Part shown: positions 58,945 to 64,000 of the stretch, in pieces
How positions within the stretch are numbered: position 1 is the first letter of the stretch
Layout: the number at the start of each line of letters is the position of its first letter
Assembly: GCA_963666055.2 (NCBI GenBank)
Contig: CAXWPH010000012.1
Coordinates: 384,001-448,000 of the forward strand
From: Acidobacteriota bacterium
GTDB lineage: Bacteria > Acidobacteriota > UBA890 > WLXD01
Direction: 5' to 3'
DNA: 64,000 nucleotides
Program-made: the position numbers and the translations under genes
Notes under the pieces: model-generated
What the model was told of the DNA's origin: nothing
What the model saw: the letters and a program-made list of their open reading frames with translations, nothing else
Databases searched by the model: none

Positions 58945-61356
58945 TCAGCGTTGTATCCCTTCTCGGAGCTGCATCCCAAGACGCGCGTGCTGGTTGGAGA
59001 GCTCGCTTCTCCCGAGTTGATTGTAGATATCCGCCAGTAAGAGATGACCCAGCACCTGGTCCTGCCTGGTGATCTCTTGCGGCACCCCGCTCGCAGTCGC
59101 CGACTCGAGTCGCTCCAGCGCCCCCTCGACGAGCGACACGGCCTCGTCGAGGCGCTCGTTCTTCACCAGGTAGATGCGAGCGAGGAAAAGGCGCCCACCG
59201 GCGAACTGCGGGTCGATCTCGAGGGCCAGACGCAGGTAGCGCTCCTCCTCGACGAGGTCGCCGCGGTTGCGGTAGATGGCGCTGAGTTTGAAGGCGGCCT
59301 CGCCGTTGCGCGGCGCGTTCTCGAGCTCGCGGCGGTAGGCTCCGATCGCCTCGTTCGGCTGTCCCCGGGCCTGGAAAAGCAAGGCGCGATTGAAGTGCAG
59401 ATCGGCGAGGTTATCGTTGAAGCCACGCGCCAGGTTCAGGTGTTCCTCCGCCAGACGCGGGCGGCCGGCGGCCAGGTGGACGGCCCCGATCCCGACGTGT
59501 GCGGCGGCCATGATGTTGTCCGCCGGAACATCCTCGCTGAGGCGCAACGCCTCGTTGAAATAGGTCGCCGCCTCGTCGTATGAGCGCCTGGCCTGCTTGA
59601 TGCGCCCGAGGCTAATATACAGTCGGGCATCCGGCTCCAGGACGTCGATGAAGTCCAGCAACACCTTCTCGGCCTCGTCTATCCGACCGGCCTGCCTCTG
59701 TGTGCGGGCGAGAAAGAGCACCAGGGCCGCATCCTCGGGCCTCATAGAGAGTGCGGTCTCGAAGGCCTCGATCGCCTCGTTGTAGCGGAGCTGCTCGACG
59801 AGCAGGTTGCCGAGCGACTGGTGCGCATCGACCACGCCGGGATCCTCGGCGATAACCCCCCGCAGCAGCACCTCGGCCTCGGCCGGTTCGTTCTGGACGG
59901 TCAGACGGCGGGCCCGCAGCAGGTCGTTGTATATCTCGACCTTGTCCCTCGGGTTAGCGCGCTTGACCTCCGGGTCGTCTGCATCGGCGCTGTAGCCGCC
60001 GATGTACCCGAGCGCGGCGAGCCGCTGGAGAGTCTCCTGGTCGAGCGTGACGGTGTTCGCCGGGTTGGCGTTCTCCTCGAACTGCGCCACCAGCTCCTCG
60101 GCCTCCCGGCGCAGCGCCTCTGCCGTGGCGGCGCGCTCTGATGCGAGGTTCTCCTGCTCCTCGGGGTCCTGAAGAAGATCGTAGAGCTCCGGCTCGGACG
60201 AGATGATGAGCTTGTGGGTGGGCTCGAGGATCGCCTGGAGCTCGCTCCAGCCGAAATGCAGGCGCGGGTAGAAGGTTTCGGCGTAGACACGCTCGTCGGT
60301 CCTGCCCTCGACCTCGGCGTCGTTGGTAAACAGCGGTACCAGGCTCCTGCCATGCACCTGCCCGGGGGTCTCCAGCCCGGTCAACTCCAGCACGGTCGGC
60401 ATGACGTCGATCAACGAGACCAGTTCGTGGCGCCGGATGCCCTGCGGCTCGTCGAATGGGGTGGCGATGATCAGCGGCACCCGGATGGCCGACTCGTACA
60501 GCAGCAGCCCGTGCTCGTTCTCCCCGTGCTCTCCGAGGCTCTCGCCATGATCGGCTGCCACCACCACGTAGGTGTCTTCGGATCGGCCGGAGTCGTCCAG
60601 CCACGAGGTCAGCCGGCCCACCAAGGAGTCGGTCCAGGCGATCTCACCAACGTAGGGGTTGGCGTATCGTGACCTGAAAGGTTCGGGTGGCTCGTATGGG
60701 GTATGCGGGTCGTACAGGTGAACCCACATGAAGAACGGGGTCGTGTCGTCCTCGCCGGCCCACGCCAGGGCGGTATCGACGACCTCTGATCCGGGGCGCT
60801 GCACGCGGCTCAGAAAGATCGCTCGCTGCTTGGGCATCTCGAACTCGTCGAAGTACCGGTCGAACCCCTGGGCCAGGCCCCAGCGCGAGTCGAGGACGAA
60901 GGCTCCGACGAAGGCGCCGGTGCGGTAGCCGGCCTCCTGGAAGCTCTCGGCCAGGGTCTGCAGCCCTTCCGGCGCGACGTGCACGCCGTTGTCGCGCACC
61001 CCGTGGTAGGGCGGGTGGGTGCCAGTGAACAGCGACGTGTGCGAGGGCAGCGTCAGCGGCGTCGAGGCGTAGGCGCGCATGAAGGTGACGCCGCGGGCGG
61101 CAAGACCATCGATGACGGGCGTGTCGACCTGGTCGAATCGGTAGACTCCGATGTGATCGGCCCGCGTCGTGTCGAGCGTCACCAGCAGGACGTTGAGCCT
61201 GCGGTCGCCGCGGAGCTGGTCGAGATTGGCCCCCGGGGACGCTCCCGGGCCACAGCTGATCGTCAGCAGGATGATCGCGGACACGGACGCGAGAACGGCG
61301 AGCGCTGCGATCACACCAGGCCGCGGCATACGCCGACCGCGGTCGAAGCTCGGCAT
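58945..61356 (-). CDS. Sulfatase-like hydrolase with C-terminal TPR repeats
   Basis: DTTRADH, LTLPSHTS, HLYDPH.PY, DHGESLGEHGE, LAALGY, then TPRs. Confidence 0.88.
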   Translation of the reverse strand: MPSFDRGRRMPRPGVIAALAVLASVSAIILLTISCGPGASPGANLDQLRGDRRLNVLLVTLDTTRADHIGVYRFDQVDTPVIDGLAARGVTFMRAYASTPLTLPSHTSLFTGTHPPYHGVRDNGVHVAPEGLQTLAESFQEAGYRTGAFVGAFVLDSRWGLAQGFDRYFDEFEMPKQRAIFLSRVQRPGSEVVDTALAWAGEDDTTPFFMWVHLYDPHTPYEPPEPFRSRYANPYVGEIAWTDSLVGRLTSWLDDSGRSEDTYVVVAADHGESLGEHGENEHGLLLYESAIRVPLIIATPFDEPQGIRRHELVSLIDVMPTVLELTGLETPGQVHGRSLVPLFTNDAEVEGRTDERVYAETFYPRLHFGWSELQAILEPTHKLIISSEPELYDLLQDPEEQENLASERAATAEALRREAEELVAQFEENANPANTVTLDQETLQRLAALGYIGGYSADADDPEVKRANPRDKVEIYNDLLRARRLTVQNEPAEAEVLLRGVIAEDPGVVDAHQSLGNLLVEQLRYNEAIEAFETALSMRPEDAALVLFLARTQRQAGRIDEAEKVLLDFIDVLEPDARLYISLGRIKQARRSYDEAATYFNEALRLSEDVPADNIMAAAHVGIGAVHLAAGRPRLAEEHLNLARGFNDNLADLHFNRALLFQARGQPNEAIGAYRRELENAPRNGEAAFKLSAIYRNRGDLVEEERYLRLALEIDPQFAGGRLFLARIYLVKNERLDEAVSLVEGALERLESATASGVPQEITRQDQVLGHLLLADIYNQLGRSELSNQHARLGMQLREGIQR

Positions 61357-61401
61357 CCTACTCGCCTCCATCGTCAGGGGTCGGAGACGCGCGCGATATC
61401 C

Positions 61402-61491
61402 GGGCGCATCACGATCGCCAACTCCGACGCGGCTGCCGTCTGTCTCACCCAGGCCGCCTTCGATCAGGGGCACCGGGCGGTTCAGGAACTG
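61402..61491 (+). pseudogene. SpdH-like extreme C-terminal remnant
   Basis: GRITIANSDAAAVCLTQAAFDQGHRAVQEL. Confidence 0.75.
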
Positions 61492-61625
61492 CCCCCTGGG
61501 CCGAACGTACCTGAGGGACGCCTCGGTTTGAGCGCTATGAGGCTGCCTGGCCGGGCCTGAAACGCCCGGCCAGGGTAAAGGACTCGAGGTTCATGGATCG
61601 CGAGTTTGGCGCCGATTTTCGAGTT

Positions 61626-61639
61626 AACTTGACAGTGCC
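61626..61639 (+). repeat. Orphan IS6 terminal repeat
   Basis: AACTTGACAGTGCC, 17 bp from the stop codon of TBDR copy B. Confidence 0.75.
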
Positions 61640-61656
61640 GCTCGCGTCCATTCCGA

Positions 61657-64000
61657 TCAGAAGGAGAGTCGTGCCCCGAGCCTAAACTGCCGCCCGGGCA
61701 GCAGATTGGTTGATCGCCGGGGTGACCCGACCGAGGAGCCTCCGGCCACGGGGAACGTGCGGTGGATTCGCTCGCTGACGCCGGTCGGGGAGAAGTTGTT
61801 GAGCAAGTTGAATCCGTCGACCATCAGCTCCAACCGGCCTTGCGCCCCCATATTGAAGGATTTCGACAACCGCAGATCGAGCTGATTGAGCGAGTCCCAC
61901 GTCCTGCTGCCGATCTTCTCGATGTGTGTGCTGCCGTAGGGCATGTTGCGCAAAATGCGAAGTCCCCCCGCTCGGCTGTTGTGATCTACCTGGAGGTTCC
62001 ACGGCCGACCCGACGACAGGTTCCAGTACATACCCGCAAGGATGTCTCCGGGCAGCCTGTAGTTGCCCAGTACCTTCCAGCTCCACTTCCTGCTGAAGCG
62101 CAACGGACCATCCATGGCGAACGGGTTGCCGTTGAAGTTCGGGTGGTTTGCTGCGTCGGGGCCCCACCCCCAGAGGCTCTCGCCGTCGCCATTCTCCAGC
62201 GTTCCCCTGTTGTTCTGGTAGGTGAGGGAGGTGCTCATGTTGAGACCGGAACCCGTTCGCCTTCGGTCCAGCGTCAGCGTCACGATGTCGTGCGTCCGCT
62301 TGTAGTAGTCGTGGTTGCCGAGAAAGGGCGTTCGCAGGCCGTCATCTTTGGAATAGAGCGTCTGCGACGTCCCGGGCACCACGGTTCCGTTCGCTAACGT
62401 CGCGTCGGGGCTGGTGTATTCGAAGGCTGTGTAGTTGTGCGTGATGGTGTCGATCGCCCTGACAAAGTTGCTGTCGTCTTTGTGGATGTAGTCGACGCCC
62501 ACGACCCAGTCGTCGACGAACTCATATTCGAATCCGATGTTGAAGATATCCGTGTGCATCCCCTGCAAGTCTGGGGCGAGCGGAATTGTAGCGGCGTCGA
62601 GCGAAACCAGGTTTCCGGGTTGGAAAACAAGCTCTTGCAGCACCAACAGTTCCGCGTCCGTCGGGTTGTTCGGGTCAGCCAACAAACCGTCAGGTATATC
62701 GAAGTAGTACGACGCGTAGGGTTGGTATGGGTCCTGGTACGCGGTGCCGCTGGCTGTGGAGACGTGTGAGATGACGCTCTTTTCGAAGTAGCGCCCCCAG
62801 CTGCCATGCACAACGCCACGGCCATCACCGCCCAGGTCCCAGGTCCCACCAAAGCGTGGCGCCAAGTAGTTGAGCTGGTGCACCCAGGGGGCGCCGGTCG
62901 GCTTGCCGTCGAGTCTCTCGTGCCAGTTGGTCCTCTCAAAGCGCAGCCCGAGGTTGAGGGTGACGTTGTCGGTAACGGTGACGTCATCCTGAATAAAGGC
63001 TGCGGAGGTTACGGTTTGGCCCTCGAGGCCAATGTCGTAGATAGACCCGTATGTGTACGAGTAGCCATAATAGTTATAGGTAAACAGACCCCCGAGGCCG
63101 GTATAACCAGCAATCCAGCTGGACCAACTGTCCTTGTACTGGAGACCGACCTTGGCGTCATGCGCGACGCCCAGGAAGTCGTCGACGTATTGGGTCACCG
63201 TTCCCGAGATCTCTTTGCGGGCGTTGTCCTCGTCCTCCAGGAAGCCCCGGGTGATCCTCCTCGACCCGTTAAACCAGTAATCGGGTAGCTCGCAGCACAC
63301 CAGAGGGAGGCGCAAGAAGTCCGCCGCATTTGATGCGAAGCGGAGATCGGTGAAGGTGTTGTCGCCCAGTTGGGATTGCCAGGACAACAACATGGTTATG
63401 CTGCCGTAGTCGGTATCCATGGCGACGTCGAGCGGTGAACCTGTTCGCAGGTCGCGGTTCGTCTCTCTGCCCGGATCGTTGTTGATCATGAACCCGAACG
63501 TGTTGGTGTCGTTGAGCAAGAAATCTACCCTGCCGTGCATCGTCCATCTATCGTTACCCTGCTGGGCATCTTCGACGGCGATTCCGCCGTCAAGCCAGAT
63601 CTGGTCGGCGACCACCGAATCGAGCGTCTCATTACGGCCGACGCTGCCGAAGAAGAGCAGCTTGTTGCGCACAATCGGGCCACCGACAGTGACGGACCAT
63701 TCGCGGTCGTAGGAGTACTTTCCGCGCTCGAGATCGATGATGTCGCCGGAGTTGTCACTTCTCAGCGAGCCGTTTTCCCAGTAGAAAGAGCCCGTGCCGT
63801 GAAACTCGTTGGTGCCCCCCTTGGTGACTATATTGATCATCGCGCCAGTGAACTCGCTGTGCTCGGCGCTGGCGCCGACACCGACAATCTGGATCTCGGC
63901 GATCGTATCCACGTTCGGGTTGACCCAGGTGGTACCCCATTCGTTCTCGGTGATATCAACGCCGTTGAGCCGGTAGCCGTTGGTTGCCGAACCCACCCGA
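61657..64000 (-). CDS. Oar-like TonB-dependent receptor (copy B), 5' end outside the window
   Basis: Colinear paralogue of 46355-49234. Confidence 0.9.
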   Translation of the reverse strand, partial: RVGSATNGYRLNGVDITENEWGTTWVNPNVDTIAEIQIVGVGASAEHSEFTGAMINIVTKGGTNEFHGTGSFYWENGSLRSDNSGDIIDLERGKYSYDREWSVTVGGPIVRNKLLFFGSVGRNETLDSVVADQIWLDGGIAVEDAQQGNDRWTMHGRVDFLLNDTNTFGFMINNDPGRETNRDLRTGSPLDVAMDTDYGSITMLLSWQSQLGDNTFTDLRFASNAADFLRLPLVCCELPDYWFNGSRRITRGFLEDEDNARKEISGTVTQYVDDFLGVAHDAKVGLQYKDSWSSWIAGYTGLGGLFTYNYYGYSYTYGSIYDIGLEGQTVTSAAFIQDDVTVTDNVTLNLGLRFERTNWHERLDGKPTGAPWVHQLNYLAPRFGGTWDLGGDGRGVVHGSWGRYFEKSVISHVSTASGTAYQDPYQPYASYYFDIPDGLLADPNNPTDAELLVLQELVFQPGNLVSLDAATIPLAPDLQGMHTDIFNIGFEYEFVDDWVVGVDYIHKDDSNFVRAIDTITHNYTAFEYTSPDATLANGTVVPGTSQTLYSKDDGLRTPFLGNHDYYKRTHDIVTLTLDRRRTGSGLNMSTSLTYQNNRGTLENGDGESLWGWGPDAANHPNFNGNPFAMDGPLRFSRKWSWKVLGNYRLPGDILAGMYWNLSSGRPWNLQVDHNSRAGGLRILRNMPYGSTHIEKIGSRTWDSLNQLDLRLSKSFNMGAQGRLELMVDGFNLLNNFSPTGVSERIHRTFPVAGGSSVGSPRRSTNLLPGRQFRLGARLSF

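Noticed and set aside
1-64000. CRISPR array, cas genes or integron attC array
   Set aside because: No regularly spaced repeat-spacer series, and no cas or intI ORF seen.

Overview
High-GC bacterial DNA, probably Acidobacteriota (inferred from the PadR plus ADOP-type duplicated permease, Oar-like TonB-dependent receptors and the kinase architecture). The left half (1-33.7 kb) is mostly intact. It holds a sarcosine oxidase 3' end, a Thr/Ser dehydratase, an MFS-spermidine synthase fusion, an IMPase, a Crp/Fnr regulator, an ECF sigma with NrsF, aceE-aceF-lpdA, DUF481, a YHYH-like protein, GST and a lipoprotein adenosine deaminase. It also holds an uncharacterised cluster (cytochrome c, 2x DUF6644, DUF6152, 2 secreted paralogues), then GFA, lipocalin, PadR-permease, M24, NHL/PAL-like, sulfatase-like and cutA. 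At 33737-33796 (minus strand) there is a degenerate 3' half of a tRNA-Sec gene that looks like an att scar. Everything to its right is a rearranged island: IS3, IS5 and IS6 elements, eight IS6 terminal repeats sitting at module junctions, diverged paralogue pairs (sulfatase, PA-M28 peptidase, TonB receptor), four pieces of an SpdH-like flavoprotein gene, a Tat-signal Rieske oxygenase and many short gene remnants. Two copies of a ~171-bp MITE were found. All family assignments come from motif recognition by eye; no database searches were run.
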